Virus record (IMG/VR): IMGVR_UViG_3300032213_002044
Location: 770 to 64,769 of that record
DNA: 64,000 nucleotides
Strand: one strand, 5' to 3'
Origin: a virus
Lineage: Duplodnaviria; Heunggongvirae; Uroviricota; Caudoviricetes
Made by a program: the position numbers and the translations under genes. This document shows positions 10,105 through 19,187 of the stretch, piece by piece; within the stretch, counting starts at the first letter, position 1; the number at the start of each line of letters is the position of its first letter. The notes beneath the pieces were generated by a model. The model was given only the letters and a program-made list of their open reading frames with translations, had not been told where the DNA came from and made no database searches.

Positions 10105-10443
10105 TTAGTCAAACCACTGTTTACGATTGGTTTTTATATTCTTAATGCCAGGGTCTGAGAGTTTAGGGTCTTCACCAATCTTTTCTGCTGCCTTACGGAT
10201 TCCTTCTGTCCATGCTGAATCCCCTACTGCCCCTATCTCTTTTGCTTTCTTTAATTGTTCTGTGGATAACTCACTACCTACTGTCTGAGACATGAATTGT
10301 TTGGTGTGATATGTACCCAACGGACGAGTGAATTGTTTTAAGTGTTCAGCCTTACGGTCTAAGTACTCCATAAACTCATTCTCTGGCAGTTTAAACAACT
10401 CCTCTTCTGATAACTCTATAAATTCTTTTTTGTTTCCGTCCAT
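10105..10443 (-). CDS. Hypothetical protein
   Basis: 112-aa ORF, minus strand. Confidence 0.5.
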   Translation of the reverse strand: MDGNKKEFIELSEEELFKLPENEFMEYLDRKAEHLKQFTRPLGTYHTKQFMSQTVGSELSTEQLKKAKEIGAVGDSAWTEGIRKAAEKIGEDPKLSDPGIKNIKTNRKQWFD

Positions 10444-10446
10444 ACT

Positions 10447-10752
10447 CTATGCGGTTTTAAATTCAAATGGGACCAAACCCATATCCATTAATTGTGCCTT
10501 AGCCTCTTTAGCCCCACCATTTATTGCTTTGATGGCAATCTGCTCTTCAATCCATAACTCAGCCTTAGCCGGCGTTACAAACTTCTTTACTCCTCCACTC
10601 TTAAGGGTTACTGAGACCATCTCCGGAAAGGAAGGGGATGGAGCTGATTCTACTTTATAGTTTCTGTATTTTTTCATTTTTTGTTTTTTAAAAGAAATAA
10701 GCGTTGTGAATACGATAGATAGGAGCGTGGTATCTCTCACCCACTCTATCAT
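10447..10752 (-). CDS. Hypothetical protein (alternative internal start gives 10447-10677, MKKYRNYKV...)
   Basis: 101-aa ORF on the minus strand, co-directional with its neighbours. Confidence 0.45.
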   Translation of the reverse strand: MIEWVRDTTLLSIVFTTLISFKKQKMKKYRNYKVESAPSPSFPEMVSVTLKSGGVKKFVTPAKAELWIEEQIAIKAINGGAKEAKAQLMDMGLVPFEFKTA

Positions 10753-10933
10753 TGTTTAGTGAACCACCTTGCACCATAGATACATAGGGGGAGGGAACAA
10801 CCTCCATAAGACAAGTTCCGTGATACTCATCTATGTGGACAAGTTTAGCTCTGAGGGTAGGAGAGAAGTTTTCTGATACCTCCGTACCTATCACTTCGTT
10901 TAGTTCTATTAATTTGCTATCGCTTCTATTCAT
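10688..10933 (-). CDS. Hypothetical protein
   Basis: 81-aa ORF, minus strand. Confidence 0.4.
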   Translation of the reverse strand: MNRSDSKLIELNEVIGTEVSENFSPTLRAKLVHIDEYHGTCLMEVVPSPYVSMVQGGSLNNDRVGERYHAPIYRIHNAYFF

Positions 10934-10994
10934 AGTGTATCGTTTATATATTAAAGGTACAGTAAAGGTTTGATATATCCAAGCCTTTTACGGA

Positions 10995-11240
10995 TTATTT
11001 TTTACTTATTTTTCCCAATATAGAGTAGATATACCCATCAATCTTCTCATCTTCCCTCATACGACGGTCTCCATAGAACAAACCTTCATTGAATACCCCA
11101 TCTACTATACTTGCATATGAGAACACATCAATTATCAAATCATCACTCACCTCTTTAAAGTTGTTTAGGATTAAGTGGTTCATAGTATATCGTTTTATTA
11201 TATAGTAAAGATAGGGCATAGGGCTGATACGACCAAGCAT
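10995..11240 (-). CDS. Hypothetical protein
   Basis: 81-aa ORF, minus strand. Confidence 0.4.
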   Translation of the reverse strand: MLGRISPMPYLYYIIKRYTMNHLILNNFKEVSDDLIIDVFSYASIVDGVFNEGLFYGDRRMREDEKIDGYIYSILGKISKK

Positions 11241-11408
11241 TTACCCACTTATTTTTAAACATATTTAGGGGGGTATATGTGGATAACTTTTTAAAAATAA
11301 ATCGGATTTTGCTTGACTTTGTGGACGGAAAGCCGTATCTTTATAGGGTGGTAGGGCGGGAATAGATAGAGAGACAGCCGGTCCCTAACTCGCTGAGAAC
11401 CAATACCT

Positions 11409-11487
11409 TATAACTCGTTGATACTGAGGGAGATTAATTTCAAATAAATTTGTATATCCCAATCATTATACCTATATTGTATAAGTA
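11409..11487 (+). promoter_or_regulatory. Extended promoter/leader repeat, partial copy A (TAACTCGTTGATACTGA ... ATGAGAG)
   Basis: Shares the TAACTC(G/A)TTGATACTCA core and the ATGAG start context with the copies at 11786, 17075, 27130, 29205 and 56208. Confidence 0.4.
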
Positions 11488-11793
11488 ATGAGAGATATAA
11501 ACCCTTTAACCCCTAACCCTATGAGAGTGAGCCCAGCTACTATGAGCCGTATTAAATCCCTAATGAACCTATGTGAAGTTGTCGAAGGTGGACCAGGTAT
11601 GAAACCTACTGAGTTCGAATCGTATTGTGAACTAGCCGGCATCCGAATCGAGCCATTGGTAGTATCCCCTACGAATCTAAACGAAGGTATCTACCACATC
11701 ACCCTACCTGATTATGGGTATAGATGTGCATACTCACTTAATGGTTCACCGATTGAGATAAGTGGTAACCCTCTGAGAGACAATGAGTTATAA
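11488..11793 (+). CDS. Hypothetical protein
   Basis: 101-aa ORF starting with the repeat-encoded ATGAGAG. Confidence 0.5.
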   Translation: MRDINPLTPNPMRVSPATMSRIKSLMNLCEVVEGGPGMKPTEFESYCELAGIRIEPLVVSPTNLNEGIYHITLPDYGYRCAYSLNGSPIEISGNPLRDNEL

Positions 11794-11892
11794 GTCGTTG
11801 ATACTCAAGCAAGTTTTTTAGACGGAAACAGAAAATAATTCGGTTAATGCTTGGATATGTCGTCCCTATTACCTATCTTTACTATATGAGAT
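11786..11892 (+). promoter_or_regulatory. Extended promoter/leader repeat, copy B
   Basis: AGTTATAAGTCGTTGATACTCAAG ... AAAATAATTCGGTTAATGCTTGGATATG ... TATCTTTACTATATGAG. Confidence 0.45.
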
Positions 11893-12021
11893 TGAGAAAG
11901 ATACAATTGATTTCCCTTATTACCTTCCTTATGTACACCGGCAATGAGTGTAGAATGAGGGTAACCCCTATTGAGATTGAGGAAGCCCCTCGTACTGAAT
12001 TCGTAAATAAACCTTCATAAT

Positions 12022-12462
12022 ATGAACAATCCTTTAATTAAAGTTAATACAGACCCTATGGGTGGTAATGTATTCTATGGTACTATCAACATTAATGGTA
12101 ATAGGGTAAGTGTGAGTAATCTAACAGAATTGGGAACAGAGTACCGATTCCGATATACTGCTAAGGCAAGAGCCGGTTTTCCAGTGATTGGTGATGTAGA
12201 GTGTACAATAGAGAACTTACCATACTACCTAAGTAAGAACACCACTGTAGTAGAGATGGAGAGAATGATTGGTGGAAAACCTTATTGGTTTCACATCCTA
12301 ACTACTAAAGGTGGTAAATGGCATAGTATAGAGAAGAACCTATTAGAGAGTTTGACAGTAGGTGATATGCATGGGGCTTTCCCTAAGATGATTGATTGGA
12401 ATATATGGAAGGCTATGAACACTAAGTTCCATAGTTGTAAAGCATTCGTAAACAATAAATAA
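12022..12462 (+). CDS. Hypothetical protein
   Basis: 146-aa ORF. Confidence 0.5.
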   Translation: MNNPLIKVNTDPMGGNVFYGTININGNRVSVSNLTELGTEYRFRYTAKARAGFPVIGDVECTIENLPYYLSKNTTVVEMERMIGGKPYWFHILTTKGGKWHSIEKNLLESLTVGDMHGAFPKMIDWNIWKAMNTKFHSCKAFVNNK

Positions 12463-12472
12463 AATATAAATT

Positions 12473-12679
12473 ATGAGTATAGAAGTAAAGTACCCTAATG
12501 GGTATATGGAGAAAATCAATTTTTGGCAGACTAAGTACTATATAGCTCTCGGTAAGGGAGTGTGTGCTTATAACGATGGAGATAAGGAGTTGGGTAATAA
12601 GTGTAATGAGGAGGCCCACTATTGTATGGGTAAGCTGAGTTACTTCACTAATAAACAAAAAATGGTATATGGGAAGTAA
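12473..12679 (+). CDS. Hypothetical protein
   Basis: 68-aa ORF. Confidence 0.4.
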   Translation: MSIEVKYPNGYMEKINFWQTKYYIALGKGVCAYNDGDKELGNKCNEEAHYCMGKLSYFTNKQKMVYGK

Positions 12680-12872
12680 CTTTTTAATCGCCCTATGGGT
12701 ATGGTGGATTTTACTTTTTTTCCCACTTCGGTCCGCCAATAGGGAATTGAATAAGATGGGGAAGAGGTTATCCTTTGGGGAGACAGTATTCCTTTACCTA
12801 ACCTTAACATTTGCAATACCCCGTTACTACTACCTATGGATAAAGGAAGTACTCGGCGGAAACAAAAAATAA
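12669..12872 (+). CDS. Small membrane protein
   Basis: 67 aa; hydrophobic N-terminus ALWVWWILLFFPL. Confidence 0.4.
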   Translation: MGSNFLIALWVWWILLFFPLRSANRELNKMGKRLSFGETVFLYLTLTFAIPRYYYLWIKEVLGGNKK

Positions 12873-12898
12873 TTCAGTAACAAATAACACTATAGTAT

Positions 12899-13114
12899 AT
12901 GAGTATAGAAACAACAGTAGGTATAAGAGAGATAGTATATGAGACACCACATATGTTACCCAATGGGGCAGTAGTAAGTAAGAGTGTACTACCTATAACC
13001 CAATTGGAGTTTAACCAATGGGCAGCTCAGTTAGGAGTATCTTCATCCTATGTACCCACACTCCCAACAAACAGAGCAATGGAACAGATTCTGCAATGGG
13101 GATTACACAAATAA
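12899..13114 (+). CDS. Hypothetical protein
   Basis: 71-aa ORF. Confidence 0.4.
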   Translation: MSIETTVGIREIVYETPHMLPNGAVVSKSVLPITQLEFNQWAAQLGVSSSYVPTLPTNRAMEQILQWGLHK

Positions 13115-13293
13115 CTTAGGGGGCTAGGTGATAGGAGTTATCCACACTCTATAGGGTTTAGGTTCTATGGAGCTGTGGAAAACTTTTTTGTGTGGAGGGG
13201 GGCAGGGGTACACAAGCATATTTTGGTTAGGTTTTACCCTCGTGAGAAAAAATATATATTAATACCCAAAGGGTAAAATTTCACTAAAAAAAA

Positions 13294-13324
13294 TTTGGTT
13301 ATATGGGGGTTATTTCGTATCTTC
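13294..13324 (+). promoter_or_regulatory. Bacteroidetes-type promoter (TTTG-N19-TATCTTCG)
   Basis: TTTG at 13294-13297 and TTTCGTATCTTCG ending at 13324. Confidence 0.4.
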
Positions 13325-13341
13325 GTTAATCAATCAATAGA

Positions 13342-13659
13342 ATGAAGTACATCAACATAGACGGACACGATAAGATAAAAGGAGATATAGTTAAATCCAA
13401 TGGACAGGTATTGGGACATTGTGTAACATCTATTAATTGGGAAGGGGCGTATGAATTCGAATATGTGATTGGAGGATGGAGTGAGGTTATAAAGGTTCAC
13501 TTAATCAAAGAACCAAATCAGAATGGTTCACTACAGATAAAGGTAGATGGAGTATATGTACAACATAACCTCAGTTATAGTAACTTAAAGAGAGGAGCTG
13601 AAGAGTTCCGATACCAATTATACTCAGTAATTAAAAGATACTTCGAAGATAAACGATAA
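13342..13659 (+). CDS. Hypothetical protein
   Basis: 105-aa ORF. Confidence 0.5.
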   Translation: MKYINIDGHDKIKGDIVKSNGQVLGHCVTSINWEGAYEFEYVIGGWSEVIKVHLIKEPNQNGSLQIKVDGVYVQHNLSYSNLKRGAEEFRYQLYSVIKRYFEDKR

Positions 13660-13664
13660 ACTAT

Positions 13665-14027
13665 ATGAAACGATTAGAGATAAAGGGATTTTATTCAATG
13701 GCTACCAAAGTGGTATCAGATAGAATCAGAATTGATGGTATGGATACCTTAACCAAACTATATGTGATAAAGTTAAATACATCCACTAACCAATACCGAA
13801 TGGATATCATAAGAGAGGCTACCGAACATAGGGATATAGGTTATAGATATCAGATGTGGTTATACGATTGGACTAACAAAAAATCATATCCTATGGGAGT
13901 AACTACGAGAGATTTGATTTCATTGGATAACTTTACCCAATTCTTAGAGAACATATTAGATATTGCGGACAGAGGAGGATTCACTGGAGAGGCAGGAGAT
14001 TGGAGATTTAAAAAATTTAATTTATAA
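13665..14027 (+). CDS. Hypothetical protein
   Basis: 120-aa ORF. Confidence 0.5.
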   Translation: MKRLEIKGFYSMATKVVSDRIRIDGMDTLTKLYVIKLNTSTNQYRMDIIREATEHRDIGYRYQMWLYDWTNKKSYPMGVTTRDLISLDNFTQFLENILDIADRGGFTGEAGDWRFKKFNL

Positions 14028-14028
14028 T

Positions 14029-14238
14029 ATGAAAACGGCACTAACACTAGCCCTCCAACGAATAGAGTTGATGAAGGATTTACAAACCGATTCAATTCAT
14101 TGGGAGATGTTTAAGAGGAACTACTTAGAGATGGAGAAGAATCAGACAATAGATTTTGCATATGGGTGTACACATAATGTAGGTAGGGAAGATATTGAGG
14201 CATACTATAACGAAACTTATACCGATGATAACAATTAA
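14029..14238 (+). CDS. Hypothetical protein (start moved from listed 13963 to the internal MKTALTLALQ Met to avoid overlap)
   Basis: ATG at 14029, two nt after the upstream stop; in frame with ORF 13963-14238. Confidence 0.35.
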   Translation: MKTALTLALQRIELMKDLQTDSIHWEMFKRNYLEMEKNQTIDFAYGCTHNVGREDIEAYYNETYTDDNN

Positions 14239-14524
14239 GGGATACCAAAAGCTAGTAGGTAAGGTACTACATCCTAACTATTCCGTATTACACGTTAGTG
14301 AGGATGATAGGTTCTATGATTTCATCGTATCAAACAATGTAACGGCTAAGACATGTATAATAGGTCTTCGTAGGGATTCACTATCTTCTTATGAGGGAAG
14401 ACGGACCTATGAGATAACATATAATGGTAGGGATATAAGCAATGAGGTTACAAAGGATTGGATTTCGGATAAGGACAATATGTTAATTCAAATGGAAGGA
14501 ATATTAAGTGATTACCCATGCTAA
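14225..14524 (+). CDS. MITIKNY-family small protein, paralog 1 (MITIKGYQKLVG)
   Basis: Internal Met of listed ORF 14195-14524; N-terminus matches the next 5-7 tandem genes. Confidence 0.45.
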   Translation: MITIKGYQKLVGKVLHPNYSVLHVSEDDRFYDFIVSNNVTAKTCIIGLRRDSLSSYEGRRTYEITYNGRDISNEVTKDWISDKDNMLIQMEGILSDYPC

Positions 14525-14713
14525 CAATAAAACAATATGAATAAAGATAAAAAAATATCCGTTAATAGAATGAATACGATACAACCAATACCTTTAAGCA
14601 CCGCTATACGATTGATTAGTAAAATGATTAAGATAAGTAATATAACGGTTACCATACCATATAACGATAGTAAGGATAAATTAGAATTAAAAATTTCTAT
14701 CTAAGGCGAGTGT

Positions 14714-15031
14714 ATGATAACAATTAAGAACTATAAATTAGGTGAGGGTGCTCATTTCTTAGGATGGCAGTTAGATTCCGTTATGGAGATTGGGGATAAT
14801 TATGTTTTCCTTTGGACGGATATAGGTTCGAAGGGAAGACACCAATACCAAATCTTTTTAGGTAGACGGTTTGAGAACGCCAAAGGGGAATTACCTATGA
14901 TGATGTTTACTACTACACCTGGTACACAACCTTTATGGAGTGGAGTGGTAAACCGTCTTACATTAGAATACCATTGGGAGTGGATAGAGAAGTGTGTTAA
15001 GATAATGAATCAATATAAACCATATAAATGA
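14714..15031 (+). CDS. MITIKNY-family small protein, paralog 2
   Basis: MITIKNYKLGEG...; ~105 aa. Confidence 0.55.
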   Translation: MITIKNYKLGEGAHFLGWQLDSVMEIGDNYVFLWTDIGSKGRHQYQIFLGRRFENAKGELPMMMFTTTPGTQPLWSGVVNRLTLEYHWEWIEKCVKIMNQYKPYK

Positions 15032-15360
15032 TAACGATTAAGAACCACGACATTTGGATTGATTTTGTTTTCTCTATTAAGGGGAATCTATATCAATGCA
15101 AACATACGGAGGAGTTAGAAGATTGGTACACATTCCGATTTGAGAGTATAAGCGGGTGGAACTATCCTATGTTCGATGTTGCCATAAGTAGAGATAGGCA
15201 GAGCGAAGAACCGATACTCTACCGAATACAATCGCAACAATTAAAATCTCCTAATGAGGGTGGTGGGTTCTCTCATAGCGTTCTTACTAAGGATGAGATT
15301 GGGGATAAGTGGTTCATAGAAAGAGAGATGTTAAAGGTATTAGAAAATAGTTGCGGGTAA
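15028..15360 (+). CDS. MITIKNY-family small protein, paralog 3
   Basis: MITIKNHDIW...; 4-nt overlap with the previous gene. Confidence 0.55.
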   Translation: MITIKNHDIWIDFVFSIKGNLYQCKHTEELEDWYTFRFESISGWNYPMFDVAISRDRQSEEPILYRIQSQQLKSPNEGGGFSHSVLTKDEIGDKWFIEREMLKVLENSCG

Positions 15361-15372
15361 ATCATCAATAAT

Positions 15373-15741
15373 ATGAGTATAAAGTATATACAGAGTGGTA
15401 AGTTACTACAGATAAAGAATATAAAGGATAAGTTAATGGGGATACACGACTTAGGTGTTCGTGCACATCCATATAGTAATACTATTGAGTTCCTATGGGT
15501 AGATACTTACTTAGAGGATAGTGTATCAGAACCTCAGTATCGTATAGGGTTTAACTATGGGGGAATAGAGTACTCTTCTTATCTACATACTCTACCTATG
15601 TATAACGACCACGACCATTATAGGATGAATCTCTATGGTCCTGCTATGAAAGAGAACTCTTTTTATTTTCACTACAATGATTTCGTTTCTCCTAACGTAT
15701 TCATTTATTCACTTATCCGCCAATTAGATGCTAACAATTAA
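15373..15741 (+). CDS. Small protein, divergent member of the same array
   Basis: ...LLQIKNIKDKLMG...; similar size and position in the array. Confidence 0.45.
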   Translation: MSIKYIQSGKLLQIKNIKDKLMGIHDLGVRAHPYSNTIEFLWVDTYLEDSVSEPQYRIGFNYGGIEYSSYLHTLPMYNDHDHYRMNLYGPAMKENSFYFHYNDFVSPNVFIYSLIRQLDANN

Positions 15742-16048
15742 ACGATACGATAAAGACCTCCTTTCCGGCGTTATATACGGATGGGATTTGGCAAAGGCGT
15801 TCGAAGGAGTGGATTATTATGTATTCGTCTTCGAACAACGTATTGGGGATAAACAACCCGTAACTTGCCGAATAGAGAGAGGGTTATCGGATGGGTTAGT
15901 GGGTAAGGTGTATAAGTGTGAAGTATTTCAAGTGGGTGCGAGTTGGAGGTGTTCTTATATGTTAGAACCAAAGCATATCCAACATCCCGTTCTTCTTTAT
16001 GAATTGGTTGAGAGTACATTGGAGAATCATAAAGATAGTATAGTATAA
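15728..16048 (+). CDS. MITIKNY-family small protein, paralog 5
   Basis: MLTIKRYDKDL... Confidence 0.55.
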   Translation: MLTIKRYDKDLLSGVIYGWDLAKAFEGVDYYVFVFEQRIGDKQPVTCRIERGLSDGLVGKVYKCEVFQVGASWRCSYMLEPKHIQHPVLLYELVESTLENHKDSIV

Positions 16049-16377
16049 TGTTAGCCATACAAAACTATAAAAAACTTGTTGGGTTTGGGCTACAAAGTGG
16101 TGGATACTATATCCTTATCAACGATGTAACGGATTGTGTAACCTACTACCACTTTATGATGGAGTTGAAGGAGAGTGGTGAGACAAAGGATTTTCTTGCT
16201 CTTATATTGCGGAGGGAAACTCATAGGGATAGTATAGATGGTAATTGGTATAGGTTAGAGCCCGTTCATGCTAATGGAAAGCATCAACCTTTGCAGATTT
16301 TGCGTTCCGAAATGGATGAGATGAGAATATTTGGTGAGTTAGTGTGTATCTATGGGAGACAGGTATGGGATATCTAA
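16048..16377 (+). CDS. MITIKNY-family small protein, paralog 6
   Basis: MLAIQNYKKLVG... Confidence 0.55.
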   Translation: MLAIQNYKKLVGFGLQSGGYYILINDVTDCVTYYHFMMELKESGETKDFLALILRRETHRDSIDGNWYRLEPVHANGKHQPLQILRSEMDEMRIFGELVCIYGRQVWDI

Positions 16378-16452
16378 ACTATCAATATTCCCTCTCTAAA
16401 AATTTTCGGACGGGTTGGGGACTGATGGAGAGTATTAAAAAAGAAACTGAAT

Positions 16453-16746
16453 ATGGATAACACACATGGATTATTAAAAATAGAGAATATGGATAAACTT
16501 TCCGGTCGTACAATCGGGTTGGATTTCATCGTCTCCAAAATGGTTTACAACCGTGCCACTTATCTTATTTTCTTAAATGATATGTTGGGGTCTCATAAAA
16601 GAGATTTAAAATTGAATCGTTATCCTAAGAGTGTCAAAATGGGAAACTACAAATTGGAATACGGCTCCTCTTATGTTTATCTATCTAAATCAGAAATTTC
16701 CGACATCGATACGTTCTGCTCCGCCATTGAAAATCTAATATACTAA
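16453..16746 (+). CDS. Small protein, divergent member of the same array
   Basis: ...LLKIENMDKLSG... Confidence 0.45.
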   Translation: MDNTHGLLKIENMDKLSGRTIGLDFIVSKMVYNRATYLIFLNDMLGSHKRDLKLNRYPKSVKMGNYKLEYGSSYVYLSKSEISDIDTFCSAIENLIY

Positions 16747-17063
16747 TGTTAACGATACAAAACATATCCAAACTTTATAAGATGGAAGCCGGTGAATGGA
16801 GGATTGGTAAAGTAGAAACATTGGATACCGCTTACCTAATTAAATTGTATAGGTATAATAGAAGAGAAACTATGCAGGTTAATATAGAAAGGAATCCTAT
16901 AGGTGAAAGGGATACTGCCCTTTATGAGTTATGGTTTTGGAATGGTACTTCTACGAATGTTAATTATATGTCTCCCGTTAGAAGGTTAATGAGTGTAGGG
17001 GAGTTGAAAAAAGGCCCATCTCACATAGCACAAACGATTGGGGATATGTTAACTCTTAAGTAG
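16746..17063 (+). CDS. MITIKNY-family small protein, paralog 8
   Basis: MLTIQNISKLYK... Confidence 0.55.
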   Translation: MLTIQNISKLYKMEAGEWRIGKVETLDTAYLIKLYRYNRRETMQVNIERNPIGERDTALYELWFWNGTSTNVNYMSPVRRLMSVGELKKGPSHIAQTIGDMLTLK

Positions 17064-17074
17064 TTAGTTATCAA

Positions 17075-17180
17075 CGACTTATAACTCATTGATTCTCAAT
17101 AAACTTTTTTTAAAATAATTGGTTAAATGCTTGCCAGTTCCACACTTTTTCGTATCTTTACTATGTAACAAAAGATAAAC
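17075..17180 (+). promoter_or_regulatory. Extended promoter/leader repeat, copy C
   Basis: ATCAACGACTTATAACTCATTGATTCTCAAT ... AAAATAATTGGTTAAATGCTTGCC ... TTTCGTATCTTTACTATGTAACAAAAGATA. Confidence 0.45.
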
Positions 17181-17289
17181 AAAATGAGTAGATGTATTAA
17201 AGCCTATGTTGATGTAGTAATGATGGAACAACCTTCGTTATTCGAAATGGTATCTAATTTTTTCACAAACCTTTTTAAATCTAAGTAAT

Positions 17290-17490
17290 ATGAAAACTTC
17301 AGAAATTCTTAAGAAAGCTAATAGTATCGGAATGGATGCTGTTACATTTGATAAGTGGTTGGAAGAGAATAACATCAACTTTGAATGGTTGGATGTTACC
17401 CTAACCGATTTCAATGATGGGTATTATAACATCTTATTAGAGGATGATACCAATATATGTTTTGTTGATGGTAAATTTATAAACGAATAA
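17290..17490 (+). CDS. Hypothetical protein
   Basis: 66-aa ORF. Confidence 0.45.
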   Translation: MKTSEILKKANSIGMDAVTFDKWLEENNINFEWLDVTLTDFNDGYYNILLEDDTNICFVDGKFINE

Positions 17491-17501
17491 AATATAAAAT
17501 T

Positions 17502-17735
17502 ATGAGTAAGGTAAAAGAGTTATTAGAATTTTTAGAGTATGAAGCTCATTCTTTAACCGCAAGTGAGTTTTGTGGTATGTTAGATGGTAAAGAAATCCCT
17601 TGGGTTTGGGATGAGTGTGAAAACATTTTAGATTCCGATGAAGGTAGATGTGTAATCGAAGTCATTGAGTTAAGTAGAATGTATCGATTTGAAGATGGTT
17701 CATTCGTTGAAGAAATTGAAATTAATAATAAATAA
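17502..17735 (+). CDS. Hypothetical acidic protein
   Basis: 77-aa ORF. Confidence 0.45.
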   Translation: MSKVKELLEFLEYEAHSLTASEFCGMLDGKEIPWVWDECENILDSDEGRCVIEVIELSRMYRFEDGSFVEEIEINNK

Positions 17736-17745
17736 AATATAAAAT

Positions 17746-17922
17746 ATGAAATTAGATTTAACTCCCGAATACGTTAAGACGGTTGAAATCGCATTAAACG
17801 AATTGTTTAATAGTGATAGATGGATAAATGGTCGTGAAGAGAGTGAAATAGATAGAATAGCTGATAGGGCTCAGTATCTATTGAACTTAATTGAATCATA
17901 TAATAAAACAAATAAAATATAA
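17746..17922 (+). CDS. Small hypothetical protein (58 aa, unlisted)
   Basis: MKLDLTPEYVKTVEIALNELFNSDRW...; same AAAATATAAAATATG start context as its neighbours. Confidence 0.35.
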   Translation: MKLDLTPEYVKTVEIALNELFNSDRWINGREESEIDRIADRAQYLLNLIESYNKTNKI

Positions 17923-17925
17923 ATT

Positions 17926-18444
17926 ATGGAATTACATCAAACACTTATGGGTAAGAGATTAATTGAAAGTACTTTGCCTGATATTGCTCACCAATTAAAA
18001 AGAATTGCTGATTCATTAGAGAAGTTAACTGAATCTAAATCAGTTTCCGCTAACATCGGTGAATCCCTTCATATGATGACAAGTTTTCCTATGGTAGACC
18101 CGTTCAGTTCCGAATCAGAAATCGATAGTGAATATTTGAGAAGAGTATTAAGAGAAGAGAATGAATATGCTTCATCATTAGGATTGGATAAACCTAAAGT
18201 TATAGGAGAGGGAACTGCACAATCAGTTTTAGATTATGTAGAGAGAAATGGTTCAGTAAGATATAAAGAGTTACACGAATATTATAAATCTCTAAATGGT
18301 TCTAATACTTTCTCTTGGTGTTTGAGAAACTTAAGAGTTCCGTATAAGAATCGTTTAACCAAACGTTACTTAATTAAAAATGATATTGGTAAGTACGAAG
18401 TTAGATTGGCTAATCCATCTAATTGGGTAGTTAAAGATTATTAA
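17926..18444 (+). CDS. Hypothetical protein
   Basis: 172-aa ORF. Confidence 0.55.
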   Translation: MELHQTLMGKRLIESTLPDIAHQLKRIADSLEKLTESKSVSANIGESLHMMTSFPMVDPFSSESEIDSEYLRRVLREENEYASSLGLDKPKVIGEGTAQSVLDYVERNGSVRYKELHEYYKSLNGSNTFSWCLRNLRVPYKNRLTKRYLIKNDIGKYEVRLANPSNWVVKDY

Positions 18445-18455
18445 TATTTATTGTT

Positions 18456-18677
18456 ATGGATAAAGAACAACTACAAGAAGAATTAGATGAGGTTGTAAAG
18501 ATGTGTATGAGTAAAGGGTTAGACCAATATGATGCCTTTAAAGTTGCACTATTCTATTCTATGCAACGACATGATATGGGTGAGTTCGATGATGTTGAAC
18601 CACTATGGGAACAGACAACTACGATGGTAACAAAGATTGGATTTGAATCTAAGTTCGGAGAAATCTGCTTGAATTAG
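18456..18677 (+). CDS. Hypothetical protein
   Basis: 73-aa ORF. Confidence 0.45.
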   Translation: MDKEQLQEELDEVVKMCMSKGLDQYDAFKVALFYSMQRHDMGEFDDVEPLWEQTTTMVTKIGFESKFGEICLN

Positions 18678-18678
18678 A

Positions 18679-18710
18679 TTTGTTAATATCAATTTTTTTT
18701 CGTATCTTTA
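18679..18710 (+). promoter_or_regulatory. Bacteroidetes-type promoter (TTTG-N20-TATCTTTA)
   Basis: TTTTTTTTCGTATCTTTAC at 18691-18711; ATG at 18717. Confidence 0.5.
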
Positions 18711-18716
18711 CAAACT

Positions 18717-19055
18717 ATGGATTTATTAAAAGGGTTTTTCTTCGGAGTGTTAGGTCAGATATTTTCTTTCCTACAATTGCAGGGCAGTGTAAAATTTGGT
18801 TGGTATGAGAAATATCCAATTATAATTCTGTTAAGTTCTATTCCTGCCGGATGGTTTTATATTAAATCGGTTGAAGGGTTTGTTAATCACTTCGATGGAC
18901 AACTATGGCCTTCACGATTGATTGGGTTTGGGATTGGTATAGTTGTATTTGTAACATTGAGTATGTTAATGTTTAAAGAACCACTAACTACTAAAACATT
19001 AATCTGTTTATTATTAGCAGCAACAATATTAGGAATTCAAATTTTATGGAAATAA
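18717..19055 (+). CDS. Membrane protein
   Basis: 112 aa with 3-4 hydrophobic segments. Confidence 0.5.
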   Translation: MDLLKGFFFGVLGQIFSFLQLQGSVKFGWYEKYPIIILLSSIPAGWFYIKSVEGFVNHFDGQLWPSRLIGFGIGIVVFVTLSMLMFKEPLTTKTLICLLLAATILGIQILWK

Positions 19056-19187
19056 TAAAAAAGATATGGGGATGGATACGTTCCCGTTTTGTTAAAGACG
19101 AAATAATTACAATCATCGTAACCAATAAAGAAGGTGATGATGAATTGTGGGTTTATAAAAACGGAAAAAGAATAAAATAAAAAACAT

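Noticed and set aside
10328-10660. Plus-strand ORF 10328-10660 overlapping the minus-strand island
   Set aside because: It is antisense to two co-directional minus-strand ORFs that have a proper terminator, and its translation is Ser/Asn-rich low complexity.
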